From: an uncultured delta proteobacterium
GTDB lineage: Bacteria; Desulfobacterota; RBG-13-43-22
Assembly: GCA_963802945.1 (NCBI GenBank)
Contig: CAWDKY010000027.1
Location: 64,001-128,000 of the forward strand
Length of the DNA: 64,000 bases
Direction of reading: 5' to 3'
The position numbers and the translations under genes were made by a program. Positions 50,564 to 61,408 of this stretch are shown here, in pieces; positions within the stretch are counted from its first letter, which is position 1; every line of letters begins with the position of its first letter. A model generated the notes under the pieces. That model was not told the DNA's origin, made no database searches, and worked only from the letters and a program-made list of their open reading frames with translations.

Positions 50564-52006
50564 ATGAGTACAAAAATCGGAATCATCGGGGCCGGGCCAG
50601 GGGGCTATGTCGCCGCCTTTCGGGCCGCCCAATTGGGTGCCCAAGTGATTGTTATTGAGCAGGAGGCTGTCGGCGGCACCTGCCTGAACTGGGGCTGCAT
50701 CCCCACCAAGACCATCAAAACCACCGCTGAAGCGATTGAAAAAATTCAACGAGCCAAAGAACTCGGCCTAGATCTGGAAGGGGGCTTCCGACCCAATATG
50801 GAACGGATCATGGCCCGGAAAAATGAGGTTATATCGATCCTGGCCCAGGGGATAAAAAAAAGTTTTGAGAGCTATAAGATTCAATATCTGGAGGGGACGG
50901 CCTTCATTCAAGACCCTAAAAAAATATTGGTTAAGGGGCATGACGACCACGAGCAGGCGATCGAAGTGGATGACATCATCATCGCCTCAGGCTCAAGGCC
51001 CATGAGCTTCCCGGCCTTTCCCTTTGACGGCAGACATGTCCTCTCCAGCAGTGATGCCCTGTTATTAAAGGAAATCCCCGAATCCATTTTAATCGTTGGC
51101 GGAGGGGTGATCGGCTGTGAGTTTGCCTTTATCTTCAGTTTACTGGGCAGTCAGGTCTCGGTGGTGGAGGCCCTTCCTCGAGTCCTCGGTCTCCCTTCCA
51201 TTGATCTAGATTGTTCGACCATCATCCAGCGGGAGATGAAAAAGCGAAAAATCAAGGTCCTGCTCGATAAAACCGTTGAGAAGACCGAGATCCAAAACGA
51301 CTGGATCAAGCTGACTATCGGCCCTTCTCCTTTTCTCAAAGAGGTTAAAGAAAAAGACCGCCAACCTATGGAGGTGGAAGTACAGAAGGTTCTGGTTTCT
51401 ATTGGACGGGAATCCAATACCGAGGCTTTAGGATTGAAACGGTTGGGGATGGAATTGGATTCCAACCTTTGGATCAAGGCCAACGAGAGGATGGAAACCA
51501 ATTGCACCGGTATTTATGCCGTTGGTGATGCCCTGGGGCCTTCTAAAATCATGTTGGCTCACGTGGCTTCAACCGAAGGAATCGTTGCTGCTGAAAACAT
51601 CATGGGCCATAAACGGGCCATGAATTATGAGGTGGTGCCTTCAGTTATCTTCACCTTTCCAGAGGTAGCCGATGTGGGGCTGACCGAACCGCAGGCCCTG
51701 GAAAGAGGTCATGAAGTCCAGTCCGACAGCTTTCAGTTCCGTTCCCTGGGCAAACCTCAGGCTTTGGGTGAGATCGTCGGTCAGGTCAAGATCATTTCCG
51801 ACAGTCGAAATGAAAAAATTTTGGGAGTCCACATCGTCGGCCCTCAGGCCACGAACCTCATCGCTGAAGGGACCCTGGCTATTCAGATGGGGGCCACGGT
51901 CGAAGACCTAGCCCGTACCATCCATGCCCATCCGACACTTTCCGAAGCCCTGATGGAAGCGGCCCAGAAGGCTATGGGAGCAGGTCTGCACAGGTTGAAA
52001 GAATAA
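50564..52006 (+). CDS. lpdA: Dihydrolipoyl dehydrogenase
   Basis: GAGPGGY, GGTCLNWGCIPTK, GGGVIGCE, HAHPTLSE. Confidence 0.96.
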   Translation: MSTKIGIIGAGPGGYVAAFRAAQLGAQVIVIEQEAVGGTCLNWGCIPTKTIKTTAEAIEKIQRAKELGLDLEGGFRPNMERIMARKNEVISILAQGIKKSFESYKIQYLEGTAFIQDPKKILVKGHDDHEQAIEVDDIIIASGSRPMSFPAFPFDGRHVLSSSDALLLKEIPESILIVGGGVIGCEFAFIFSLLGSQVSVVEALPRVLGLPSIDLDCSTIIQREMKKRKIKVLLDKTVEKTEIQNDWIKLTIGPSPFLKEVKEKDRQPMEVEVQKVLVSIGRESNTEALGLKRLGMELDSNLWIKANERMETNCTGIYAVGDALGPSKIMLAHVASTEGIVAAENIMGHKRAMNYEVVPSVIFTFPEVADVGLTEPQALERGHEVQSDSFQFRSLGKPQALGEIVGQVKIISDSRNEKILGVHIVGPQATNLIAEGTLAIQMGATVEDLARTIHAHPTLSEALMEAAQKAMGAGLHRLKE

Positions 52007-52027
52007 CCAAAGATACTTAAGATTTTG

Positions 52028-52243
52028 GTGTTTGGGGGTCTTGTTTCTTGAAGTTGTCCACCTCAAAGCCATAAGCTTCTTTGCCGGGTCAAAAAAATGA
52101 AAATACGTAAAAGAGCAGGCCTACAATAAAGTCCAAGATCCGGCTGGGTGAATGCCCTGGTTCCAATCAACGTAAAAATTCGGGCCGGTATGGAGCAGTG
52201 GGTTACCTTTTGGATAACTTCAAGAAACAAGACCCCCAAACAC
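52028..52243. mobile_element. MITE/REP-doublet with 33-bp terminal inverted repeats
   Basis: GTGTTTGGGGGTCTTGTTTCTTGAAGTTGTCCA ... TGGATAACTTCAAGAAACAAGACCCCCAAACAC (one mismatch). Confidence 0.8.
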
Positions 52244-52313
52244 ATGAAATAAGGTTAGAGACAAATTCTCAAACTTCAAGGAGTAAGCATCTAAAGGAAG
52301 GGAGGTATGACCG

Positions 52314-52547
52314 ATGCCCCATGTGATTGTAAAACTTTATCCGGGTAGATCAGAAGATCAAAAAAAACGACTATCTGAAGCCATTACCAAAGACGTCGTA
52401 ACCATCGCTAAATGTGAAGAGAAATCTGTTTCGGTAGCTATCGAACAAGTAGACCCAAGCCAGTGGGCTGAAAAGGTGTATCGGCCTGATATACTGGATA
52501 ACGAAGCCAACCTCTATAAAAAACCGGGCTATAATCCCTTTGGATAA
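52314..52547 (+). CDS. 4-oxalocrotonate tautomerase family protein (PptA-like)
   Basis: N-terminal catalytic Pro (MPHVIVKLYPGRS), SVSVAIE, LYKKPGY. Confidence 0.92.
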   Translation: MPHVIVKLYPGRSEDQKKRLSEAITKDVVTIAKCEEKSVSVAIEQVDPSQWAEKVYRPDILDNEANLYKKPGYNPFG

Positions 52548-52855
52548 GTCCAAAGAAAAGACCAGCCCAAAAGACAGGGACGGGAACTTTTCTTTCACCC
52601 GCCCAGGCTTGTGCCGTTTATGAAGCACTGTGGAAGTACGCTTCCTATCGTCAAAGAAATTCGTAATCGGTTAATTCCTGACAAAGAAACCGTTCCGGCG
52701 CGTTTCGGTCTCGATTCGTCTAAATCGATAACGCCCCGGCTTTAGGTCTGTCATTATTGAAATTTGCCCCTCTTCCCATTCACAATTTCTTAGTAATTCA
52801 ATCTCTTCTCCTCGTCCGCCCTTGACAGCAAATTTTAAGGCAGCCAAGATGAGCT

Positions 52856-53725
52856 TTATCGGTCAGGCTCCGGCACCTTCCGGGCCTCATGTCTTTTTTG
52901 TCCTTTTTCGAAGAGCCTTTCTCCTTCCTCGGTGGTGATGAGAAGGGGAGGAATGGTTATCGGTTTCCCGCTTTGATCCAGGGCCACATAGATGAAATAA
53001 GCGGTCAGGGCCTTATGCCGCTCTTCCGTAACGAGATTTTCAGCTTCAACTTCTACACGGATTTCTATAGAGGTGCTACCCACAAAGACGGGTCTGGCGT
53101 GGGCGAAAACCAGTTCGCCGATGTGCACCGGCCTTAGGAATTTCAATTCCTCCACTTTGGCCGTCACCACATTAGAATGGGCATGGCGGGCAGCGACTAC
53201 CCCGGCGGCCGTATCCATCATTTTCATGATCTCTCCTCCATGCACATTTCCAGCCGGGTTGCCTTGATCCGGAAGCATCACCTGAACCAGAGTTATGGAG
53301 GAATGTCCTGTGGTCCTTTCTTTCGGCGTAGATCGTTCCTTTAAGTGCTTGATGAGATTTTTTATTATTTTTTCATGCCTGGATTCCATTTCGGCCATTC
53401 GTTCAAAATATTCCCCGATTTCCGGGAACCCTTCCTCTCGGGCGGTTCTGGCAAAGTCGGGATAAATCGTATTATATTCGTATGCCTCTCCGTGGACCGC
53501 CGTCTCCAGGTTGGTCAGGGTATCCCGGATCTTTCCTAAAAGCTCAAAGTGGCCTCGGGCATGCTCTTCTTCATTTTTGGCAATTTCCAGAAATGCATCG
53601 GAGATAAAGGTGAGCCTCTCTTTCTCAGCAGCGGCAGCATAGTAGTTGTAGGCGTTTCTGGCCTTTGATTCCGCCGCGAAGGCGGCCTCCAGGTTTTTTT
53701 CGGTTTGACTTCCTTCTAAATTCAT
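52856..53725 (-). CDS. Fusion of rubrerythrin diiron domain and hotdog acyl-CoA thioesterase
   Basis: AFAAESKA, EEEHA, GEAYE, ESRHE; then LPDQGNPAGNVHGGEIMKMMD...FLRPV.IG...YVALD. Confidence 0.9.
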   Translation of the reverse strand: MNLEGSQTEKNLEAAFAAESKARNAYNYYAAAAEKERLTFISDAFLEIAKNEEEHARGHFELLGKIRDTLTNLETAVHGEAYEYNTIYPDFARTAREEGFPEIGEYFERMAEMESRHEKIIKNLIKHLKERSTPKERTTGHSSITLVQVMLPDQGNPAGNVHGGEIMKMMDTAAGVVAARHAHSNVVTAKVEELKFLRPVHIGELVFAHARPVFVGSTSIEIRVEVEAENLVTEERHKALTAYFIYVALDQSGKPITIPPLLITTEEGERLFEKGQKRHEARKVPEPDR

Positions 53726-53960
53726 CTCGTCCTCCCTTTGGTTTTCTCGGCCTCCTTTATGAAATTCACCTATCTAACCCCTTTACAAACAATCCCGGGT
53801 CGTGAAGTTAGTTCAATTTTTTTATTTCTTCGACGATTTTCAGTAAGATTTCGCCGGTTTTGCCCTGAATAAGGTAGTTGGAAATACCCTTCTGGGTATG
53901 TGGTGTCGGTTCGGCGTTTACTTCAATGCCCTATTGCAGGAACTGACTCAAGCCTTCACT

Positions 53961-55313
53961 CTATGGCTTCGCAAAAGGCCAGACCTGCTTGAAAGCCAAT
54001 TTGGGGAAAAAGCAATAAGGACATTCTTCCGGTGGTTCCGGGCCATAATGGATATAGCCGCACATGCGGCAGCGCCAAGCGATTTGACCGTCCTTTTCCT
54101 TATTATTAGCATCTGCCAAATCCCATTCCCTTAGAATGGGAAGATCTTCCAACGCAGGCATAACCGGCTTATAGGAAAAAAGGGCATGGTTTGAAACAAT
54201 GATGCGCTGTATCTCGCTGGTCCCTTCATAGATACTGAACAGTCGGGTATCGCGAAGGAGTTTTTCAACCGGGAACATCTTGGTATATCCATAGCCTCCG
54301 AAAATCTGCAAGGCGTCGTTCACCACTTCCAGGGCTTTTTCCGAAGAATAAAATTTGGCCATAGAGGCAGACACCGTGGGATTCATCCCCTGATCCGTCT
54401 CCCAGGCCGCTTTCCAGACTAAAAGGCGTGCGGTATCTACCTTTTGATACATGTCGGCGATTTTAAACTGTAGAGTCTGGTAATTGGAAAGGGCTGCCCC
54501 GAAGGTTTGTCGCTTCTTGGCATAATCGATGGCATATTCCATGGCTGCTCGAGCAGCCCCTACGGCGAAAGCACCAATAATAGGCCGCGTCCTGGAGAAA
54601 GTATGCATGGCTAGAACAAACCCTTTCCCAGGAGGGGCCAGGATATTTTCTTTGGGTACACGCACATCCTTTAAATGGATTCCTGCCGTATTGGAACAAC
54701 GTTGCCCCAGCTTAGGGATGGATTTGCCGATCGAAACCCCTTCCCATTTCCGATCGACGAGAAAGGCACAAAGGCCTTGATGCTGGGAAGCCGGATTAAT
54801 TGTGGCGAAGATCACTAAGTAATCGGCTATCCCTGCATTGGTGACCCAGTATTTGGTGCCGTTTAAAATATAGTCCTCTCCATCCTGGGAAGCATTACAG
54901 CGTATTCCTGCTACATCCGATCCCATGGTCGGCTCGGAAGTAGCGAAGCAAATAAGTTTAAATTCTTTGGCTATTTCAGGAAGGATTTTATCCTTGAGTC
55001 TCTCATTATCGGAAAGGATGAGAGGTTCCATGCCAAGAGAATTGTCAAAAATAGAAGTGGCGATCCCCGGACAAGCAGCGGCAATTTCCTCGGTAATCAG
55101 GGCGGCCTCGATCAGTCCAAAACCTTGGCCGCCAAATTTTTTGGGAATGTCGGTGTTCATGATACCGGCCTCAAAAGCTTTTTTCAGGATGAAAAGAGGT
55201 GCTTCATCTTTTTCATCGTAGTACCAAGAAGCCGGCAACACTTCCTTCAAAGCAAATTCCCTGGCCCTGTTTTGAATTTCCAATTGTTCGGGAGTAATAT
55301 TAAAATTTAACAT
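53961..55313 (-). CDS. Acyl-CoA dehydrogenase with C-terminal rubredoxin-like domain
   Basis: SEPTMGSD, GTKYWVTN, RQTFG, QIFGGYGY, IYEGTSEIQR; tail WRCRMCGYIH...CPYC. Confidence 0.93.
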   Translation of the reverse strand: MLNFNITPEQLEIQNRAREFALKEVLPASWYYDEKDEAPLFILKKAFEAGIMNTDIPKKFGGQGFGLIEAALITEEIAAACPGIATSIFDNSLGMEPLILSDNERLKDKILPEIAKEFKLICFATSEPTMGSDVAGIRCNASQDGEDYILNGTKYWVTNAGIADYLVIFATINPASQHQGLCAFLVDRKWEGVSIGKSIPKLGQRCSNTAGIHLKDVRVPKENILAPPGKGFVLAMHTFSRTRPIIGAFAVGAARAAMEYAIDYAKKRQTFGAALSNYQTLQFKIADMYQKVDTARLLVWKAAWETDQGMNPTVSASMAKFYSSEKALEVVNDALQIFGGYGYTKMFPVEKLLRDTRLFSIYEGTSEIQRIIVSNHALFSYKPVMPALEDLPILREWDLADANNKEKDGQIAWRCRMCGYIHYGPEPPEECPYCFFPKLAFKQVWPFAKP

Positions 55314-55601
55314 AAACAGTCCTTTCGTTGGCTGAAGAATAACCCCCATTCTATTTTCCGGAACGGCCTTTTAGGCCATATCGGGCTTGTTTCTCTTTGA
55401 GATCAAAGCCGATTTTTTGCTTAGGGGGTGGCAGGCGCGGCTGGTCGAATCACCTCTTGTTCACTAAAAAGATTATTTCATCGATAATTCTGCAGCCTTC
55501 CTTTTCGTTGAAAGGGTTGACAGGAATTCCAATGATTGCGAACCAAAATTGGCGGGGCGAGAGCCTGCCCCTTGATGTTGAAAGGATAAGGACAAAGAGT
55601 G

Positions 55602-56075
55602 TTACCTTTTCTGAGTCGTCAGTTCCTTGCTCAAAAGGCGGAGATGACCCATTTCCTCTTTAATCACATCATCCAGACGGCTGCGTCCTTGTTTTTCGGG
55701 AACCGCCTCCCGCATCCCTAGATAAAAAACAATGGAATCCTTTTCGGCAGTTATGGCCTCCTTTAAAATCGCCTCCATAGAAGAGGTGTCTATTTTCTTT
55801 TCGAAAAAAACGCGGGTATCGGCCAGGGCCTTCAAATAGCCCGCTGCCTCCCCCTCGGGATCAAAGACCGTAGCGGTTTTTTCCGATGCGGTTAACTGGG
55901 AATGCATTTGGGTGAAGATTTTTAGATGGTCATCTTCCATGGCCTCCAAACGGAGTAATAACTCGCGGACATTGTCGTCTTTCGCGGCTTTAGCTGCAAT
56001 GCGGTAGAATTCGGCGCCGTTACGTTCCAACTGTTTCGCTATTTCAAAGATGTCATTGGCATTAAAATCGTACAT
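55602..56075 (-). CDS. Ferritin-like (rubrerythrin family) protein
   Basis: IAKQLERNG..FY, MEDDH, AEKDSIVFY, EEMGH. Confidence 0.9.
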   Translation of the reverse strand: MYDFNANDIFEIAKQLERNGAEFYRIAAKAAKDDNVRELLLRLEAMEDDHLKIFTQMHSQLTASEKTATVFDPEGEAAGYLKALADTRVFFEKKIDTSSMEAILKEAITAEKDSIVFYLGMREAVPEKQGRSRLDDVIKEEMGHLRLLSKELTTQKR

Positions 56076-56235
56076 TATGACTGTCGACTTCCTTTCTTGC
56101 TTTCCTGGATTTCTTTTGACGTAACGGATTATAAAATAAGGAAAAGATAGGGGTCAAGAAAATAAAATGAAATCCTCTACAAAGGAGTATGAAAAACGAG
56201 TATCCCAACAAGTCACTGATAGTTTGTCTTGCTTT

Positions 56236-57928
56236 TTACCCGGTCTTTTTCTTTTCTTCCTCTACCAGTATCCTGCGCAGGACCTTGCCTATCATGGTTT
56301 TGGGCAGTTCGTTGCGGAACTCGATGGACTTGGGCACTTTGTAGGCCACGAGTTTCTCTCGGCACCAGGCCTGTATTTCCTCGGCGGTGGCTGATTTGCC
56401 CGTTTTAAGCACGACCCAGGCCTTGACGGACTCGCCCTGCTTGGCATCAGGAATACCGGCCACGCTGGCCTCGGCCACGGCCGGGTGAGCACTGATCACC
56501 TCTTCCACCTCGCGCGGCCAAACCTGGAAGCCGCTAGGCTTAATCAGGTCCTTTTTACGCGAGGTGATGAAGAGATAGCCGTCCTCATCCATATAGCCCA
56601 CATCGCCCGTGTACAGCCAGTTGTCGCGCAGCATCTCTTTGGTCTCTTCCGGTTTTTGCCAGTAGCCTATCATCAAGTTCGGTGCGCTGAAAATGATCTC
56701 GCCCTCTTGACCCGGCGGCAGCTCCCCTTTACCGGTATTGATATCGCCGATCCGCACTACCACGTCGGGCAGAGGCAGGCCTACTGAGCCTTCCTTGTAT
56801 TGGCCCATATAAGGACCGACGCAGGCGGCCATGGTGGTCTCCGTCAGGGCATAGCCTTCCAGGATGCGCCCCCCCGTCAGGTCTTCAAAGCGCTTCTTGG
56901 TCTCGGCCAGCAGCGGAGCGGCACCTGAGCAACAGGTCTTCATGGATCTGAAATCGACCTTGCCTGCCTTGACCTTGGGATGTTCCATAAGGTTAATGAA
57001 GAGTGCCGGCACAGCTACGAAGAAGGCCGGCTTGGTGTACTGAATGGTGCCAATCACGTCATCTCGGTCGCGGGGATTGGGCACCAAAGCCAGCGGCATA
57101 TAGGTGACGATCGAGGTGCACATAACAGCGTAGGTTCCAAATGAATGAAAAAGCGGGAGCACAGCGATCACGACGTCTTTATAGGACTCGACATATTTTT
57201 TTAACCCAGGCCTGGAATTGCAGGCCGGTGGCGACCTGGGAGAAATGCGAGCCGACCACGCCCTTGGGTAAGCCGGTAGTGCCTCCGCTGAACAGGATCA
57301 GTGCCGGGTCTTCCGGCTTCACGACCACGTCAGGCCGCTTGGCGCCAGCCTGCTTTCTCATCAAATCCTGCAGCCACAGGTCCTCCTTTTCAATGACAAG
57401 GTGATGGCCTTCTTTCTTTTCCTTCAACAGGGTGAAGAGTACCTTTAACACGGGCGGCAGGTATTCCTTGACGTTGGTGGCAATGATGTTTTTCACCGCT
57501 GTCTTGCTCTGCAGCTTCTTGATTCCCTGGTAGAACGGTGTCAGCACCACTACCGTTTCGGCGCCGCAGTCCTTCAAGGCGTGTTCCATCTCCGCCTCGG
57601 TATAGACGGGGTTCAGGTGAACCAGGATGGCGCCGACTTTCCAGGAACCCCAGCGGCAGATGATGGCTTGCGGGCAATTGGGCATGACCAGGGCCACACG
57701 GTCGCCTTTTTCCACACCCAGCGTAACCAGTGCCGCGGCAAACTCGTCACTCAGCTTATCCACTTCCGCATAGGACATATGCCGTTTTTTAAAGATAAGC
57801 ATATCGGCCTGGGGATTTTCCTTGACCGCCTTATCCACATAATCGACCAGCGTCATTTCAGGATAAGGTTTCAGGGAGTGCGGAACTCCTTCATCATAGC
57901 TTTTCAGCCACCTTTTTTCATCAGCCAA
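56236..57928 (-). CDS. Long-chain fatty acid-CoA ligase, frameshift at an A7 run near 57196-57202
   Basis: FSGGTTGLPKG, LPLFH, EGYALTE, TGDVG, RKKDLI, GKVLRR; removing one A gives WVKKYVESYKDVVIAVLPLFH. Confidence 0.93.
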
Positions 57929-58354
57929 TGGAATTCTCCTTTTGATAGAACTTGCCTTTTGCTGGAAAGAGTATAGGGCAAAAAAAAGACAGCATCAAGG
58001 AGAAAATAAGGCTTTAGGTTTGGGTTGAGACCCTTGGTTTTTTCCCAACGGTTTAATCTCCCACCGACTTTATATCGATTACGTTGGTACTCTTCTGATT
58101 TTCTCAAAATCAAATTTTGAGGATTTCAGGAAGAAGTTACCATCAAACTTGACAATGCCTGTATCGTTAAATCCTGGCTTTCACACTTAAATACTTTCAC
58201 TTTATGCCTGTCTGTGTGAGATGCACAGGCAGGGCGTTTTCTTTTTCTCCTTGATCCGCCCTGTTACCTGTTTTATACTTTCTCTAAACCCTCATGCCCC
58301 GCTAGGGGCGTGACACCACGAAGGATGAAAATACTGACTTCCTAGAGAATAGTG

Positions 58355-58433
58355 TGTCATTCCGGCGAAAGCCGGAATCCAAGTAAATTAATGCGTCAAA
58401 TAACCTGGATGCCGGATCAAGTCTGGCATGACG
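58355..58433. repeat. REP-like doublet
   Basis: GTCATTCCGGCGAAAGCCGGAATCCA ... TGGATGCCGGATCAAGTCTGGCATGAC. Confidence 0.8.
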
Positions 58434-58497
58434 GGGAACAAGTCACTCAACAGGTAAATTTGGAGTTATTTTCGTATTAAATATTAAAGGAGATTTT

Positions 58498-61245
58498 ATG
58501 ACCAATCATTCTCAATAATTCCGATTCGTGTTGGCCTCTCGGTACACCCCCGCTTATCGGCACAAAGATACCCGAGAGCATGCAGGCCCTGACCATTCAC
58601 CGAAACGATTACGGCCCGCCCAAAAAGGTGATCCGGCTGGAAACGGTTCCAACCCCCAAGTTGAGGGAAAACGATGCCGGTCGTGTTCTGGCGGCGGTTC
58701 TGGCTTCGGGACCCAATTATAATACCAATTTCGCCGCCCTGGGACTTCCGGTCCCAGTTTTCGGCCGAGGAGATTCGGCAACCATCCATATCCCCGGCAG
58801 TGATGCCCTGGGGATCGTGGTGGATGCCGGTTCCGCAGTCACCCGGGTCAAGGTCGGCCAGGCTGTTATCCTGGACTCCTGGACCGGCCGGAACATTCGC
58901 GGCTATGAAACCCATGACGGATTTAACGCCCAATTCACCGTAGTCGATGAGGAGCGAGCCATCCCCATCCCGGAAACCTTGCGTGAGCATTCCCCAGAGA
59001 GCCTGGCAGCTATGCTCCTGACCTATGCGACGGCTTATCGGGCCATCATTGAACGCCTAAGAGTCAGACCGGGCGATTCGGTCCTAATTATGGGCGGCGG
59101 GAAGGGAACGAGTTTCGCCGGCAGCCCAATTGGCCAAGGCCCAAGGGGCCCGTGTAATTCTCATGGGCAGCAATCCCACCCTGGTCAGCCATTTGATTTC
59201 CCGCGGCCTGGCTGACGCCTTCGTGGACCGCCGGGCCTTTGACCCGGCCGTGTTTGGGGTCATCGAACAGAAACTCTCCCGGTCGAAATGGGAGCGACAG
59301 ACCGAATCGTTTCGCCGGGCCATTCGTAAGGCTAATAACGGCCGCTTGGTGGATAAGGTATTCGAACATACCGGAGGAGAAAATTTTCCCTTACTGATCT
59401 CCGCCCTGGCCCCCGGCGGCACACTGGCCTTCTTCGGGGCTACCGGCAAGGGGCTGAAAGGCGAATACAAGGAAACCTTCTTTTATGAAGGCCGCCGTTT
59501 CGTCATGGATGCGCGCTGGGTCTGGATGCGTCAGAAACAGGTCCTATTTCCGCCGCGGTTCGGCGGAGCGAATTTTAGAAGCAGCGGGTTTGCTTCCGGG
59601 CCGGCGTGTGCTGGTCTGGGGAGCCGACCCATACGCCCGGGCATTTATCCGGGCGGCCTTGAACCGATCGGCCAAAGTGGCGGTCATCGCCTCCCAAACC
59701 AGAGAAAAAAAAGGAATCGCCCAAGTGATCCGAATGGGCATCCATTCCGATCACATCCTGGACCGAGATGGTTTCCTGCTGCCCGAAGACATGCCCGACC
59801 CGCTGACTGAAAAGGGTGAACCCAATCCGGTGTATGGTTCGGAATATATGAAGCATGCCCAGGCGCTCGGCAAGTCCCTATGGACTATATTCGGACCTCG
59901 CCAAAACCCGGACCTGGTTGTGGAGAGGACCGATCAAAGCACCCTGCACTTCAGCACCTTTGTGGCCCGCGACTTCGATGAGAAAGATGTGATGCCTTGC
60001 GGCATTGTGGTGGCCCGAGGCGAGTCCGACCTTTCGATCCGCGGATCGCATATGTTTTCCTCCGCGCAAACTGCCGATGTGGTACGCCTGCTCTCCTCAG
60101 GTACCTTGGTGATGGAACAGGAGGACCTGGAGATAACCGATCTGCCGGGGCTTGCCGGTCTTCAACAGAGAATGTTGGACGGGGTCATGAAAAAGCCTAA
60201 GGGAGTGGCCCTGGTCCAGGCCGATCGCTCAGGCCGCACCATAGCTGACTATGAATCGGCCTTCCGGGGTGAAGCGGTTATGAAGGCCGATCCGGCTGAA
60301 AACCGGTTGATCGACGTCCGGTTGATAAAGGAAGTAGCCCTGGTGACGCTTTGCCGGCCAGAGGCACTGAACGCCTTAAACGATGCCCTGGTCTCCCAGT
60401 TAAGGGATCTGGTCCAGGAGGTCGCGGCTAAGAAGGCCATTTCAAACAGGCCAGTCAAAGCCATCATTATCACCGGGGCCGGGCGGTCTTTTGTGGCCGG
60501 GGCGGACGTGAATGCCTTTCGCGGCAGTCCGGATACCATTGGGGGCTTTGCCCGTAAAAACATCGGCGTCTTTTCGGATTTGGAAAAGCTGACCATACCC
60601 GTGATCGCATTGATTGACGGCTTCGGGCTGGGCGGTGGAAACGAATTGGCCATGAGCACGGATTATCGGATCGTCACCGAGAACGCCCAACTGGGACAGC
60701 CGGAAGTTAAACTGGGTATCATCCCAGGCTATGGAGGCTTACAGCGCCTGCCCCGGCTTATCGGCCCGACCAAGGCAGCCGAGATGTGCATCAATGGCGA
60801 GCCGATCAATAGTTTTGAGGCCGTGGAGATTGGGCTAGCCGATGAATTCGTCCCATCGTCAACTGCTTTGCCGCGGGCCTTTGACATAGCCCGCGAGTTT
60901 ATTGAGGGGCAGCGGCCCATACCGCCTAAAGATTGGGATGTCCGCGGGGCCAAACAGCAGGACGAGTTGAAGGCCCTTTTATCCCGGCCTGTTGTCTGCG
61001 AGTTAATGGCTGCTCCTACACCAACCCTAAGCGAGGCCGGGAATCTGCGGGCCGCACGGATGGCTTCGGCCAGGGATACGCTTACGGCCATACAGTACGG
61101 GTACGAGCACGGGTTTGAGCAAGGTCTTGGTAACGACGCCATACTTTTCGGACGGATCGCCGCCTCGCCCGGCGGTCAGGAGTGGATCGACCGCTTCCTG
61201 GCCAAGGACCCCCTTCAGGGCTCGTTTTTGACCCTGTTGCCATAG
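58498..61245 (+). CDS. Ccr/Pcs-like enoyl-CoA reductase fused to C-terminal crotonase (frameshifts near 58510, 59123, 59550)
   Basis: GPNYN, PGSD..G.V, GYET, MLLTYATAYR, VFEHTG, WMRQK, RGSH; then RPEALNAL, FVAGADV, GLGGGNELAM, GQPEVKLGIIPGYGG. Confidence 0.85.
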
Positions 61246-61270
61246 GCTGGTTTTCTAGAGTTCTAAACTT

Positions 61271-61366
61271 GAGACCTTTGAAAAAGGAATACGTTTAGTA
61301 TTTTGAGGATTAAAATTTGAGTCTGACGAAGAGATTGGGCAAAAGGGGACGTTTTTCAAAGGTCTC
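61271..61366. mobile_element. 96-bp MITE with TIRs and 5-bp target duplication
   Basis: GAGACCTTTGAAAAA ... TTTTTCAAAGGTCTC flanked by AACTT on both sides. Confidence 0.85.
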
Positions 61367-61408
61367 AACTTGACCCTTAGATACAAGTATTAAGCAGGAG
61401 GCTTTTTT

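Noticed and set aside
57171-57202. Stop-codon readthrough or selenocysteine in the split ligase
   Set aside because: The stop is TAA and the two halves are in different frames; one extra A explains the split.
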